This document shows positions 37,621-51,957 of a DNA stretch of 64,000 nucleotides, in pieces (position 1 is the stretch's first letter; each line of letters starts with the position of its first letter). The position numbers and the translations under genes were made by a program. Origin of the DNA: Leucoraja ocellata (taxonomy: Eukaryota); assembly GCA_036785375.1 (NCBI GenBank), contig JAWMAR010000182.1, positions 1,364,001 to 1,428,000 on the forward strand, read 5' to 3'. Below the pieces are notes generated by a model. The model made no database searches and was not told where the DNA came from. It worked only from the letters and a program-made list of their open reading frames with translations.

Positions 37621-40355
37621 ACTAACTCAGCTAACAGAAATTGGGGATAAAATCGTTAGAGGCATCCATTACTTAATTGCAAAACCCCCCAAAATACTAA
37701 GGCTTTCTTCCGATGACGTTCCGAAGCTGGCACACCTAATAATACATATGCAGCGCCAATTAAATAAGTGAGAAGGTTACTTGAGCCGAGCGGAGTTGAG
37801 GGTTGTTAAGAATACCAGTGACCTAAGGGTTTTGTATTTAGGAAACGATATTGGCAGTCATAATTGGCAAGTATTTGCGGTGAGTGAAGTCCCGGCGATC
37901 TGCAATGTTTATTAGAAGCTATTTATAAGGTGCACTAACGCATCTATGTTTACTTCCTATTTAAATAAACATCATGTTTGGGATGAACATTTTAAGATAG
38001 AATGCATTTTAGCTGAAACGGTTAAACATCTCAGTTGCTTAATGTATGAGAGAAGGCCATGGCCGCATTCGCCGTTCGAAATAAAACAATAACAGGCCTC
38101 TGTGATGAATAATACTTTTTGAAAACAATTGTATTCTTGCTATGTAACCAAATGATGCTTGCTGCATGCATGGTTCATTTGATTACACACGTCAGAGAAA
38201 TACTGTGGTCTCTGAAAGTATGAAATATTAAATTAAATCTGTAGTTACAAGACTGCACAGCAAAACGTCACTGCAGCCATTTTTTTACTGCATAAAATTA
38301 TTTACTTCAGTTTTTCTAAACAGGCGGGGTCCTGGGTTACTACTCCGTTGTTTTGGCTGCAAACAGCATCATGGGAATTTGTCTGGTTATTACATACAAC
38401 AGCGGGCAGCCTCCCAATTCAATTTAATACGTGCCGAGGCCCAATTCCAGTTGTAAGTCTGCACTGCTCCCATTGTCTTTGTAGAAGTTCTACAGATGGA
38501 GAAAGCCGATATAGAAATAGAGGTGCAACAGTAATTGTTGATGAGTAATTCCTGAAATATTCGGGAGGCTTTTACCACATATTTCCCTCAGCTATAAAAC
38601 AATTATTTCACATAGTTTTGAAACAAAATTCGTTATAAAATCAATGCATCGAAACTGGGTGCAATATAGAATGGATTAGAATGGAATTTCATGTACTATT
38701 CCATGAATCGGCCCGAATAAATAATTACACATCCCATTTAGCACAATGGTCTCAAGGTACTTATCCATGATTGTATATTCAGGTCGTTTTATTCTTTAAG
38801 GATTTCACCGTGATGAATAATGCAGAGCTACCAATCGCACATTTGCACCGTTGACTCTGGAATCATTTGTCACAATGATATGGGTCAATATGAGGTGGAG
38901 TTGAGATCTGAAAAAGATCACTCACGTGATTTTTTTAATGCCTGCAGAATCTCCTTCCATGTACTGTTTAAAAAAGAATAATTTTACAGTAATCCAATTA
39001 TCAAAAGATGAACTGAATTCAGCGAATGTTGGATTTCATTTTTAGCATTATTTTTGTTTACCGGGGCTCGCCATTGTTTAAATTTAAAAAAATCCAAATA
39101 AAGCGTAATTAAAAACTCTTTAAATTGGCAACCGTAAATGAGACAATATTTTATTTTATTAGTCGTGGCAATTAGTTATTGGCGGTTGTTGGGAATTAAC
39201 AAACGTTTCATTAAACCAGTCTTGTTATCCACATCCTTCATTAGAATCCCTGCCTACATATAACAAACAAGGCACTGCATTTAACTTTCCACATGCGTTC
39301 AACCTGTAAGAGGTTGGCGTGTAAATGCTTATGCAAGCTTGAAGGTCTGTTTATTTTAAATAAGATGAATTTATCTTTAGAATAAATGGTGCATTTAGAG
39401 TAAAGTTTTAATGTGTACTGAAATGTTATCTACTTATTTTGCCAGGGTTTCAATACATTTATTGCTGTTCTTAAATACATAAATGTTAAATATTACACAT
39501 GGTAGCCATGAACGAATTTGGCACACGTAAAATGTACATATTTGGAATGGCATATGAGTAGGGGGTGTGTAATTAATTCAAATACATTAAAAAATATGGA
39601 AACGTCATACTGACTTTGTTAATTCGATGGAAGTATCCATATTGCTAATAAACAGGTGTAAATTAGGCAGCGCCAACAACGCTATGCGTTGGGGGGGGGG
39701 GGGGGGGGGCATCCAAATTGGAATCGAACCACGAACCCATGATTTCCAATCACAGTGCCACCCTGGAATCACCCACCTCAACAATCCTACCAAAAAGTTA
39801 ACTCAACCTGTAAGGTGTTCAGATGCTGACTCCCTCCCTTCCACGGGGCCATGATGTAACGCACGCCACTTGCAACTCTAACCAGGTTCAAGAAGTCCAA
39901 GAAATTCCAGCTTACACCAAATGCTTCACCAGCACCAAATTCACCATAATTCCACCAAGACGAATGGTCGCTGTCCGCTCTGTGCACAACCTATAAATTC
40001 TTGTTGAAACTTATATAACAGTGCCTCAAAACCCAACCATCCCCAACATTTAGAAGGACGAAGCCAACTACCACATGGGAACACCGTCATCTCCAATCTT
40101 CTATTCAGGTTATACATCACCCCAATGGGGGAAACATAAAGTCATGCATTCCTCCATCATTCTTGGGCCAAAACCATTTGACGTCCCAGCTAACACAACT
40201 AACTGTCACTTGCAGGCAATTTACCCATTGGAAAAAGATGCTCAGTCCTACCTTCTCAGAATAGACTAGGATGAGCATTAAACGTGGATCAACTATTCCC
40301 ATAGGCCATGAAGGAAATCAAAGGAGCAGCTAAGAAATAATGTTGTGCTTACGTT

Positions 40356-40451
40356 AGGTAGACAGAAGTGCTGGAGAAGCTCAGCGGGTGCGGCAGCATC
40401 TATGGAGCGAAGGAAATATGCAACGTTTCGGGCCGAAACCCTTCTTCAGAC
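40356..40451 (-). mobile_element. Penelope-like pLTR fragment (second subfamily) with intact hammerhead core
   Basis: Minus strand CTGAAGAAGGGTTTCGGCCCGAAACGTT (40449-40422). Confidence 0.85.
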
Positions 40452-43400
40452 TTACGTTACTTCGATTTTGAGTACATGTACCAGAAAGGGCACATTTTTG
40501 AGGTGGGGGGGGGGGGGGGGGGGGGGGGCAGTTGAACAACGATAAACTTTTGTATAATTTAAATTAATTTATGAATGAGTTTCTGTGAATTATCAGTACA
40601 ATGTTATGGTCCGAGAATTAGAAAGCAGACTTCATTAATTTGGCCAGAGTTACTAATAATAATCTCCATACTTCAGAATTATGTTAATATTAACTCGTCT
40701 CCAGGGGATAACTTTGCCCAATGAGGGTGATTTAGAGAAAACGAAAAATATCGTAAAGTCAATATAATTAAAAAGAAAAATAACACCAGTGTTTTCTACA
40801 TTAAAGAGGAGGTTTCCAATTAAAATTAGCCGACGTGGAAAACAGTGTACGACCAAATAATGCAAACACACACTGTTTAATACTACTGATCACCGAATAA
40901 AGTCTGGAAGTTCATTTCCTTCAGTAAATTATGGAACGTTTCAAATTAGGAATGATCTAGGATTATTAGTCCCTCAAGATCTGACGAACAGTCAATATAT
41001 TCGAATTCCCGAAAATCATTGCAATTTTAGAAAGTGCGATCGTGTGCGTTTTTCTATACATAGGAAACATCCAATGGAAGCTACAAACATCCTGATGGAA
41101 CCGTGCTCGGTTTTTATAGATCACTTGTACAGCGAGTATACATGTGTAACCCCGGCCAGGTTAATCAGTTTCCTATCAATCAAAAGTTTACGAGTTAACA
41201 GGAAATGCTGCAAAGATGAAAAGTACTGCAAAACTGTTGAAGACATCAGCCGAAGGAGCATGGCGTTTAGCCTGGGCGATCTCTGTTCTCTCTCAGTAGA
41301 GGATTAAAGGCATGTATCTTTAACGCGGCCTGTTGTTGGCGCCAAGTGGTGTGTTATTAATCATGACTTTTAGCTCCATTTTACGGAAAGGCTGTGCGGC
41401 TACATCTCTTCACCGCCGAGTTAAGATGGTGAAGTAAAAACATATTTTTTAGCTGTTCTGTCTATATTTGTATCTTAACGAAATCCTGTCGCGAATGTCA
41501 GAGGTCCATCTAATAATCAGACTATTGGTAGGCTACGGATCAAACTGACGGAGCGATTACACCGGTGACCGAATCTCTCCGGCAAAGTTAATCTGTACGC
41601 GCAGAAGACAAATATATCACGCAGTTTCAGATCTAAATTCAATAGAGGCCTCAAATATATTGCCGCATTCTTTGGAAGAATGAGAAAGGATACGTTCCAC
41701 CACGCAACTTAACCTGTTAAACCTCACAGCGTAGTATCATTTCAGTTTAAAGATGATCAAACGCAACTTGCATCTTGACGTTTAACTGATTTTCAGCAAG
41801 GAATGTTGGCAATGGATTCTCTCCCCAATACAGTAAGTTTATCACAATGATACGACACACCAATACGTAAGTGTAAAGGATTAGTTTAGTTTGCTAACAT
41901 CGTTATCATAACGCCTGAAATATTCGCAGCGTGAAATACGCTCCAATAGCTTTTAGCTGGCCTCTCATTTCGAATCCGACACAATTTTATTCACATTAAT
42001 AGCATCTTTTCAAACGAGGCTCATTTTAATGTTTTCTCTCCCTCCATAAATACTGATGCAAATAGTCATACCTGTCCATACCTGAAGATTTTAGTAGTTT
42101 AAAGCCTAACTGTATTAAATAATAACATACCATTTATGGGTTTCTTTGAGACCGACCTACTGTAAAATTCACTTGAACGCAATCAGTTTCCTTTAGTTAG
42201 AGCCTTTAAAGTGTAACTTCTTTTTAAACCACGAGTGAATTGTGTGTCGTTTGAATTTCTTTATCCCGTGGCGGCCAGGAATGAAATATGTTCTCTATGA
42301 TATTATGCGCAAACATTTGCTAGGTTTGCGACAGTTTGTCGACTTTAGGCGCACGTCTTTTAAAGCCGAAGATTCAATAATCAACACACATTTTCACTTC
42401 GAAGGAACGTGTTCTGACGGTGGATCGCATGTATGTTATTGCATTCGATTAGTACCGGGTATGGTCAAAATGCCCAGGCAAACAACGGGCACCTTTAAAA
42501 GCACAGAATTCATAAAACTCAACAAACAACACTATGCACAAGTGGGAAATGCGTGTTCTCTTTTATAACGAACATTTTAAACTATCTGCAACCAATTTTT
42601 TTTTCTGAGATGGGATAGAATTTATCATTTAATAGACAGTTTTCATTGAGCTTTAAGCGTAAATGTAAGTCGCGGATATGAAAATAAAATTAATGTATTC
42701 AGAATAAAATGGAAATTATAATGCCCATGACATTTCTACTTCATCGGAATAGTTTTGAGCAATGTTTGAATTATATTTTATCTTACTTTTCAAAAACGTA
42801 TTAAATGCTCGATTATAATTCAGATTTAGAAGTGGTATCAGCGTTTTAGGCTATATCCCGCATGGTAATGCTCTAAAAAGTCGAAAAAATGGCACTTACG
42901 TTTTTAAAGGAAATGATATACCCTTTATTCGTTGTAAGTGCTAACATTGATAGCTACCAACACAGCATTAAAATCAGTCAAAGTGATAATAGTATTTTAA
43001 GCCTTCGCCTATCGCATTTCCTTCCTCTCCCAAGGGTACCTTTCCTCCTACGCATGTCAATTCAACAATCTGGCGATTCAACCATATTCCAATAATTATC
43101 AATGATCGGACACCTAAGTGAAAGCAACGAGGGCCCTTCTCCAGAAAAAGTTAGTAATCCAGCAGAGCCACAGTAACATGATTAATTCGTCTGATGGGGC
43201 CTCGTGTGACAATCGATTATCGTGTTTGCCATGTTATAACAGAGGCTACATTTCAAAACAAAATATTGTATTGATCGTAGTAGCCATCTGGGACTTCCTG
43301 TGGACTGTTAAATGAAGGTCCCTTTTCGGGATTTATATTCTAACGAGACACCGTCACTTTATGAGAACGGCATTGATTCGGGTTTAATTAGATTTGGCAA

Positions 43401-45599
43401 TTTTACCAATGATACGGATGCGCTGCATCCGCGCTGTTCTTTGCCAATATGTGTTTCAAGGAGATTAATTTCACTCCCCCCAGTGTGAGACAGTTAACTG
43501 ATTCAAAGATTGTTTAAAAAAAACACACTAAATTTCGTGTGGTTTGAGAGATTTGATGAATGACAAAACAAGACAACTCAGCGAGGAGTTTTTTGCATAT
43601 TCTATCACTAGGTTTGATAATCTATTTTATCCGTATGGCGACAGTGGCAGAAGACAGTCTGGAGCTGTCTAAATATTTGCTTATATTTATATAGGGTAGC
43701 TATAAGCTTTACCGATCTCATAAACACCGGGAAAATAATTCAACGGCGAATTCACACCCATCCTATACACAGTTGAATCTTTACTCTTATACACACAATG
43801 GGATCGCGACTTTCGAAAGTTTAAGTGGTGCTGGTGGAAGCTCTAGCTTAAGATTGCTTCGGTTTTATAAACCATCCTTTTACTTCCTTTTCAGCGACAT
43901 GGCCAATAATTGAGCGTTTTGTTTTCATTCCAGAAGTGCTAACACCTAGTTTTAGAAATGATCGAAACAAGGGATTTTTTATCCTATGTATTGAATTTGA
44001 TCCCCCTTACATGGATAACGGTGAACAAGACATCTATGCGGGTAATGGAATGCACTGAAGCCATATTAAATGTTAGTTCCACGTTAAAGTACTGCAATCT
44101 CTCTAGTTTCAATATACAGACATTAATAATTTAATAATGCTGTGAAGGATTCCAACATTAAATCCGGGATCGTATTTTTTTTTTAATGAATCTTAATTGA
44201 GTAACAAGCTAACATGCAGGTTAATCATTACCTATCGGATGTTAAGGCCAGCGCCTGCAGCCGTCTTGTTTCTATACAAGAGGTACGAACTCAGAAATAT
44301 ACCACAAGTGTAATGACCTAGCAAGTTCACAGCTTTCGGGTTCTACGTAAACTGAGATAAACGACACTTTATCCTAAACTAAAAAAAAAGGAATTCCTGT
44401 TATTTCTATGTTTGAAATTAAGGCACAGTTGCCCCATCCCCGCAAACAGAGAAGTCTTGCACATCTTTCGTTTTCATTCCAGAAGTGCTAACACCTAGTT
44501 TTCACTACATAAATAAATTATCAGTGAATTGCCTGGGTTTTCTGTATAGGAGCGTTAACTAGTCATGCTTTGAAGATCAGTGGTAATTTCTGAAATGCCT
44601 CCAAACCAACAGTTTACAAAATTCGAGAGATAAGCGCTCGCCAGCATTTGGAGTGACTGTTGTTATACCAGCACGGAGAGAAATGCCCTATTAGCCAAAA
44701 GAAAGTAGTCACAATTATTCTGAAATATTTACGTTCTGCCAGAGTTAGCAAATTGAAAATCTAATTGGAAAATTTACAATAAGGGGAAGGATAAAATTTG
44801 GCTAGTACAACAGTAAACAGTATCGAGGTGTCTGTTAAAATTAATCCCTCTCGTTTTTACTATTCCATGCTTCACAAGAAGTAAAACGAAATCAACGATC
44901 GATGTAGTGTTGATGTGCCAAGTTTCAAACTTGGAAACGTAAAAAAAATATATAGTTATTAAGATGTTGCTTTGTCTTAATAAATCAACGTTCTTCTCGA
45001 CCGACCCTTTCACGGTGAACTTCAACGCAATCAGTACATCGCAAAGAAAATAGAACTTACCTTTTGGAAAGGGTAAGTGCAAAGTTAGTCGATGGTGAGA
45101 ATTAAAATCGGCGCATAAGTAACAGCGGAGGCAGATAATGAAGTGAAGATAACCGATATCATTTGTGAACAACTCAGTTTTGGTCTTGTTCCTCAGATGG
45201 CAAGTTTGGAATGTAATCCCCCCCCGCCCCTTCTCATCCACCCATGCCCAGCACATGCGCACCCCTCCTTCTCACCGGCAAGCGGAATATTCGAGCGCAT
45301 AACCTGGTTAGCCGAGTCAAATGCACACATTCATGTAAATGTTCATAGGATATCCAGCTGGAGAGACTGAGCGATAGGTATGTTAGCTATGATTTCAAAC
45401 CTTAATTTGGCTGAATTTGAATAATGGAACAATTCTGATGTATCCACTATTAATAGTAAAGAAACAGATGACTTAGACTTAACTGGTAAAACATGCTATT
45501 TACACCACTGGATCTTCCACTCAGTCGATCAACCCACTAAATAAAGATTAATTCAATTTCGTGCTAGTTGCTGGATAGCGCATCGAGTCACAGCATCAG

Positions 45600-46845
45600 C
45601 TGGAGTTGACTCTAAAGTGGGTGGAATAGTAGATAGCGAAGATGATTATCAAAATTACAGCAGGATCTTGATCAGTTGGGCAAGTGGGCAAAGGAATGGT
45701 GAACGAAGATTAATGCAGATAAGTGCAAGGGGTTGGATTTTGGGAAGTCAAACCAGGGGAGTACCAACAGAGTGAATGACAGGGCCCTGGGGAGTGTTGT
45801 AGAGCAGGGGGATCCAGGAGTGCAGGTGCATTTGTACTTGAAAGTGGAGTCAGGGTATTCTCTACTTTTGGCCGTCATCAGTCAGGGAATTGAGTATCGA
45901 AGTTGGGATGTTATGTTGAAGTATGTAGGAAGGAACTGCAGGTTTAAACCAAAGATAGACACAAAATGCTGGAGTAACATCAGCAGGACTGGCAGCATCT
46001 CTGGGAGAAGGAATGGGTGACATTTCGAGTCGAGTCTCTTCTTGTACAAGACATTGGTAAAGTATTTCAAGTATTGTGTTCATTTTAATCACTCCACTAG
46101 AGGAAGGATGTTGCTAAACTGGGCAGTCTCGGACTTTAGTCCTTGGAGCAGAAGAGGATGAGGGATGATCTCATAGAAATTTCCCATATAATGAAAGGCC
46201 TGGATAGAGTAGATGGGCAGAGAATGTTCCCACTAGCGGGAGAGTCTGGGACCAGAGGCGATAGCCTCGGAAATCAAGAATAAACCTTTAGAAAGATGAG
46301 GAGGAATTACTTTAGCCAGAGGATGGTGACTCTATTGAATTTGTTGCTGCAAATAGCTGTGGGGGCTGTGATTGGGTATTTTTAAAGGAGAGATTGGCAG
46401 GTACTTGATTAGTAAAGGTTTCAAATGTTAGCAGGAGAAGGCAGGAGAATGGGTTTGAGAGAGAGTTGTGGAGGAGACTTGATGGGCTGAATGGCTCAAT
46501 TCTGCTTCTCTAACTTATGAATACACAGTTTCATAAGTAGGGGAGTAGGGGAGTCAAGAACCTGAGGGTATAGGTTAAGGGTGACAGGAGAAAGATTTAA
46601 AGGAACCTGAGGGCAACATTTTCATACAGAGGGTGGGTGGTATATGGAACATGCTGCCAGCTGAGCTAGTTAAGGAAGGTACTATAACAACATTTAAAAG
46701 CCATTTGGACAGGTACAAGAATAGGAAAGATTTAGAGGGATATGTACCAAACATGGGTGGGTAGGACTAATTTGGATGGAGCATCTTGGTTGGCATGGGA
46801 ACATTGGTTTGAAGGACACGTTTCTGTGCCGAATGACTTTATGAA
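45600..46845 (+). mobile_element. Two degenerate CR1 fragments (45600-46520, 46540-46845) with a pLTR inserted at 45923-46042
   Basis: LQQDLDQLGKWA..., GSVVEQGDPGVQVH, CR1 3'UTRs. Confidence 0.87.
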
Positions 46846-47299
46846 TTTGAATTCAGTTAGAGCTAGACTGGTCATAGCTTCCTTTGTTTGCCAGCTGCAA
46901 TAATGTGAAGTGAATTGGAGCAGAATCAACCAACCTGAAATATGAATTGAAAATGCTGGAAATGTGCAGTAAGTCAGGCAGCCTCCGTGGGAAGAGAAAC
47001 AGGCCAATGCTTCACATTTAAGACCCTTCAACAGAACCTAGAACTGGAACAGGAAATTGTGGAGGAAGAAACCCTATCATGTTCTGGATGAAGATCCAAG
47101 GACTGAGAGCCAAGAAGAAATAGCTACACAAATACCCCCAACTTCTGTGTTGAATGGGCAGAATGGCCTGCTACTTTTCATTGGATTTCTAAGATATCAT
47201 TTTTTTCTTTTCTCACTTTTTTAAATAGGCTGTGTTTTAAATAGACTTTGTTTTCTGTTCAATAGGTTGCATACTGCACCCCAACTCCTACATATCAGC

Positions 47300-47515
47300 T
47301 GATACGCTGGAGTAACTTAGCAGGTCAGACAACATCACTGGTGACCTTTCAGCTCGAGACCCTTCTTCATACCTCTTCTCCCCCCATCTACAATCAGTCT
47401 GATAAGGGTCTCGACCTCACATATTTTCTTCAGCGAAGCTGTCTGACCCGTTGAATTACTCTGTCACTTTGTGTTCTTTTGTGTATTAACCAGCATGCGC
47501 AGTTCTTTGTTTCTA
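47300..47515. mobile_element. Penelope-like inverted pLTR pair, diverged
   Basis: ctcgagacccttcttca ... cagtctgataagggtctcgacc. Confidence 0.75.
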
Positions 47516-49725
47516 CATCAGGTGATACAGTATTATCAATGGATGTTTTCAGAAAGCTGGAATGTTTAAAAAATCCATCTATTTTGTACTTCAGGAGCTA
47601 CATTTTTGATTGTGTTAATTCTATATCCAAGATGTATTCCATAACCCCGGAAAAATGGTATTTCTCCACTTCTATAGGATTATTGGAGAAATGGGGTTTT
47701 AATGCAAGATTAATAATGAAAGAAGTACTGAGTGGAGAGTACAGGTATTTATGTTCTTTGGTGCTTTCGTTTTAAATTCCAGAACTGTCATTTGCAGTCA
47801 ATGTATTAGTAATATTCCCAAAGTGAAACAAACTGGGTAGTAATAGTTAGATATGCATACATATCTAAGAGCCATACGTCATTTTAAATAACATGTGTAA
47901 GTATCGAAAACTGCAACTGATGTCATTTTAAAAAATAACGATAAAACATTGTACATTGGAATAAAAATCAGGCTTTGATCTCTGGTGTGGGAATGAAATA
48001 ACCGAAAATTAATTAGTTGGCAATGTGGCATTGTTTGCCTATTGAGTACTTGATGTGTCTAAAGAAAATGGAAAACCATTTATCAAATGGGAAGCTATGT
48101 ATCCAAACAAATATGGTCAGAAAATATTGTCCTGAAATAATAAAATGATCCCTATTCACAATCTCACTTGTAAAATGTGTCGATCTTTGATCACAGAGAC
48201 ACTGGAGAGGCATAGATGCTCTCAAGCTGATTCCTAGCATCAGATAGTCAACTGGGAGGAAGAACTGGAATTCAGAAGCTTGGTGAAGATGAGTGAATGG
48301 GTAGGACTGTAATTAGCATGGGACAAATAAATTGGAGAGCACTATTTAATGGCGTGACTAAATAAATCAAGAGCTACTGTCAGATAAATTTAATATGGAT
48401 AGGAAGCTCTTCACAGATGTAGCAGACAACAATTTAGCAATGGAATAATAAACTTGACATTAGTTAAGGAATACTTGGATGGTGCAACTCAGGAACCACA
48501 TGTTTGGTCTCAGTGGAAGGATTATCTTTCATCCTGAAAGTGCTTCCCTGCCATGATTTTCTACTACCTGTTATCTTTGTTTGGTTTGGGAATGTAGAAA
48601 TATTAGTGAGGATGCACTTATATCTTCTTGCAGTGAGAAGTTGGTAGAAATTGTCCTTGGTGTTGGTTCTCGCAAAATGGTGTTGCATACGAAATTCACG
48701 GATGCTGATCAATGACACAGAAGAGACTTAACACATGAACCTGAGGTTTCTCTCCAACCCATGCAACTCTCTGACACACTGATTCTTGTTTATATACCAG
48801 CACTGATCCAAAATACTGAAACTCCCATTTAACAGCATTGTGCAATCACCACACAGATTCTAGGAATCATTCTGATAAATTGTAAGATTATAAGAAAGCA
48901 GGCCACCACAGATAGGGATGTTGTCTCTTCAGTGCCCACACAACCAAGTCTTCCCCCTAGGTATCACTGCAGCCTTGCAGCAGAAGGTATGAACAAAGCA
49001 GTCATTATGGGTTTATTTGAGCAAGTCAGGATAGTGAATAACTCAGAGAGACATCAACAGTATTGATATTATCACAATATCTTACTGATGGACATCCCAG
49101 AGGAGGGAAATGCTACTGAAGTTACCTTGATGTACTGCAGTTGTCCAATATATAGTATATAGTGTATGGTTGTATATTGAATGGTTTGCAGTCACAGCAA
49201 TCTAGTAATAGAAATGGTACAGGCTGAGTACAATCAAAGCCAATGGAGTAATCTTTTAAATCCCAATGGTGTTTTGCTGTTGGTGCATTTTCCTTAAATA
49301 TATTTTTCCAAATTAATTATATTTTTCTTCATAAATATCTGCATTTATGGCTTCCCTAATTGCTTTTTCTGTTAACAGTCCTCCTTCTAATTTTCCAATC
49401 TTTCAAATCCATTCTTATTATTTGTGAAGGAGGGTTAAATACTCGCACTGTTAAGTATGAGTTCCAGCATTTTGATGCAGTACCGGTGCAGACACAATGA
49501 TGAGTGTGTGTGTCAATATATTGTGTGCCTGGTGTATGGCTTAGAGAGGAACTATGAGTAGGTAGAATTCTCATGTGTATGTCTCATTGTCTACTTAAGT
49601 AGAATTTTTGTTTTGGGAAGAGTTGTCAAAGAAACTTTGCCAAGTTGAAGAAAATAAAAAAACAGAAGGGAAATGACTCCTCAAGTCAGCTCCAAAACTA
49701 AATATGATATTGTCTGATCATCTGT

Positions 49726-49900
49726 ATAAATGAATGAATGAATGTATGAACGAATGAATGCATGCATGAATGAATGAATGATAGAATGAATGAATGATAG
49801 AATGAATGAATGAATGATTGAATGCATGATTGAATGAATGAATGATTGAATGCATGAATGAAAGAATGAATGATTGAATGCATGAATGAATGTATGAATG
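49726..49900. repeat. (GAAT)n microsatellite, imperfect
   Basis: Read directly; explains the HSFI-repeat ORFs. Confidence 0.95.
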
Positions 49901-50199
49901 TAATACTGACTTGGCAAATGAAATTCCTTGTATGTTGCAAAACATACTTGGCAAATAAAGTACTATTCTGAATGAATGGATACTTTATTGTCACATGTGA
50001 CAAGTCACAGTGAAATTCTTTGCTTGCATAACCAAAGTATGCAAAGAGTCGCCACATAAAGGGCACTTACACAGTTACAAAATGGCCGTGCCAGGTCCCC
50101 CTTTGGTCACAAGGGGGAACCCAACTTCCCAAATTCCTGATCACAACTTCTCTTTCCTCCTTTCTTCATATACCTGTTGATTCTTTTTCTTTTTTTCTT

Positions 50200-50537
50200 T
50201 TTTGTATGGCTTTGTAAATATTTGATTAGTGTTCAAATGTAAATAATTTGGTGTAGATATAGTGGCTGGTGTACATATGGTGTACATATAGCTGCTAAAT
50301 TTGTATAAGATAATTACAAGCAGTTGAATAAGGGGTGGGAATTAATAAGCTTTGGCTTCTTCCTGCTCCTTTTCGGACACATATGATATCATTTATTTAC
50401 AGATATTGTTTATGACACTTTATAAATATTTTTGTTTTGTTTTTTGTATGCTGTTTCACATTTGCTTTTTATTCTTTTATTCTGTTCGAAATAAATAATA
50501 AAATAATAATAATAATAATAAATAATAATAAAAATAA
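50200..50537 (+). mobile_element. Non-LTR retrotransposon 3'UTR with (AAT)n tail
   Basis: aataaggggtgggaattaataagctttggcttcttcctgctcc hairpin-like motif and terminal gaaataaataataaaataataataat. Confidence 0.55.
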
Positions 50538-50664
50538 TCCCTTTGTGCTTCAAATACCTGTCAGCCTCCTCCTTGAATATGACCAATGACTCCCCCACCA
50601 CAGCACTCTAGGGTACAGAATTCTAAAGAACCACAAAGCTCTGAGAACAGAACTTCCTCCTCTT

Positions 50665-51300
50665 CCAGTGATGCATCTTGTAGTCGTCATTCACTGCAGT
50701 CATGGTGAGCCATTGGTGGAGAGAGTGAATATTGAGCTTGAAGAATGGGACATCAAGCAGGCAAATTGCTTTCTGCTGGCTGTTGATGATTTTCCTCAGC
50801 TTTGTATGAGCCGCACTCAGTCGGGTACATTCTGCCCTTAGGAAGTCAAAAGGTGAACTATGGTATTTATGTGAGTCATCAAGTTAAATTTTTATCCCCA
50901 TTCAACCGCACTCTACCAAACCCTACACCCTATCCCCACTCCACCTGAAGGATCTTGATGGTTAGAACTTGACAATTGTAATGTTGATGAATGCCAAAGG
51001 GAGTTGGAAATTACTATTGCCTGGCACCTGTCAGATATGAATGCTCAGCTAAAAGCTATCCAGGACCTGTTGCACATAAACAGACCTTAGTTGCAGGAAT
51101 TGTGAATGAGATTCAGTTGCACAGTTCTCTCCATTGATCCCCATTCTTAACCAAATTATAAAAGCAGGCTAACTGTTGATGAAGATAATTGTTATGAAAC
51201 TCTATCATCTGGTCTGGTGCTGAGATAATAGCCTTCAGGAACATGTGTGCAAAATATGAATACAACCAGGAAACAATTTCCTCCAATCTCTCATTGACCT
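50665..51300 (-). mobile_element. Ancient L2-like LINE remnant
   Basis: Degenerate resemblance to the reverse complement of the family at 13915-14330. Confidence 0.35.
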
Positions 51301-51836
51301 CTATTTAACCGAGGCACTGTTTCATCTGATCAAATACAAGATGAATCCTGTGCAGATGGAAAACTTTGAGTGTTGCAGAGAAGAATCACATTGTAGTATA
51401 TCCAGAGTCTTGTCATGAGGCTTTTTGTGTTACTGATCCAATTCAGTTTCTGTTAAATAGGGATCGTCCATATTGTTGAATTGATGTTGGTGATGCTATA
51501 GGTGATCTTGTTCTACAGCATGATCGTTCTCTCAAAACTTTCAGCCCAATCTTGAGGGTTATCCAAGTCATGCTGTAGGTTTTAATAAATTGTCAATGAA
51601 CAACTTAATTCCTAGCATAGAATGTATTGATGAGAGATTTCTATATGTTTGGGCTAAAACATATTCCTTAAAAATACCACCAAGGCAGTTTTAGGCTTCA
51701 TTAGGTTACATCCCATCATCGTAACCAACCTCATTGGTATTGGATATAATTCCAATCACTAGAGTGTATTCTCTTTGACTCAAACACTTTGCTAGGAATT
51801 CACGTTATCATAGTAATTAAAAGCTTCCTGAATCAA

Positions 51837-51957
51837 AGGTCTCGACCCGAAACATCGCCTATTTCCTTCGCTCCATAGATGCAGCCTCACCCGCTGAGTT
51901 TCTCCAGCATTTTTGTCTACCTTTGATTTCCCAGCATCTGCAGTTCCTTCTTAAACA
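51837..51957 (+). mobile_element. Penelope-like pLTR
   Basis: ggtctcgacccgaaacatcgcctatttccttcgctccatagatgc... Confidence 0.82.

Noticed and set aside
44774-45262. 162-aa minus-strand ORF
   Set aside because: No domain motif, no splice or coding context; most likely chance
49681-50066. His/Ser/Phe/Ile-repeat ORFs
   Set aside because: Translation of a (GAAT)n microsatellite
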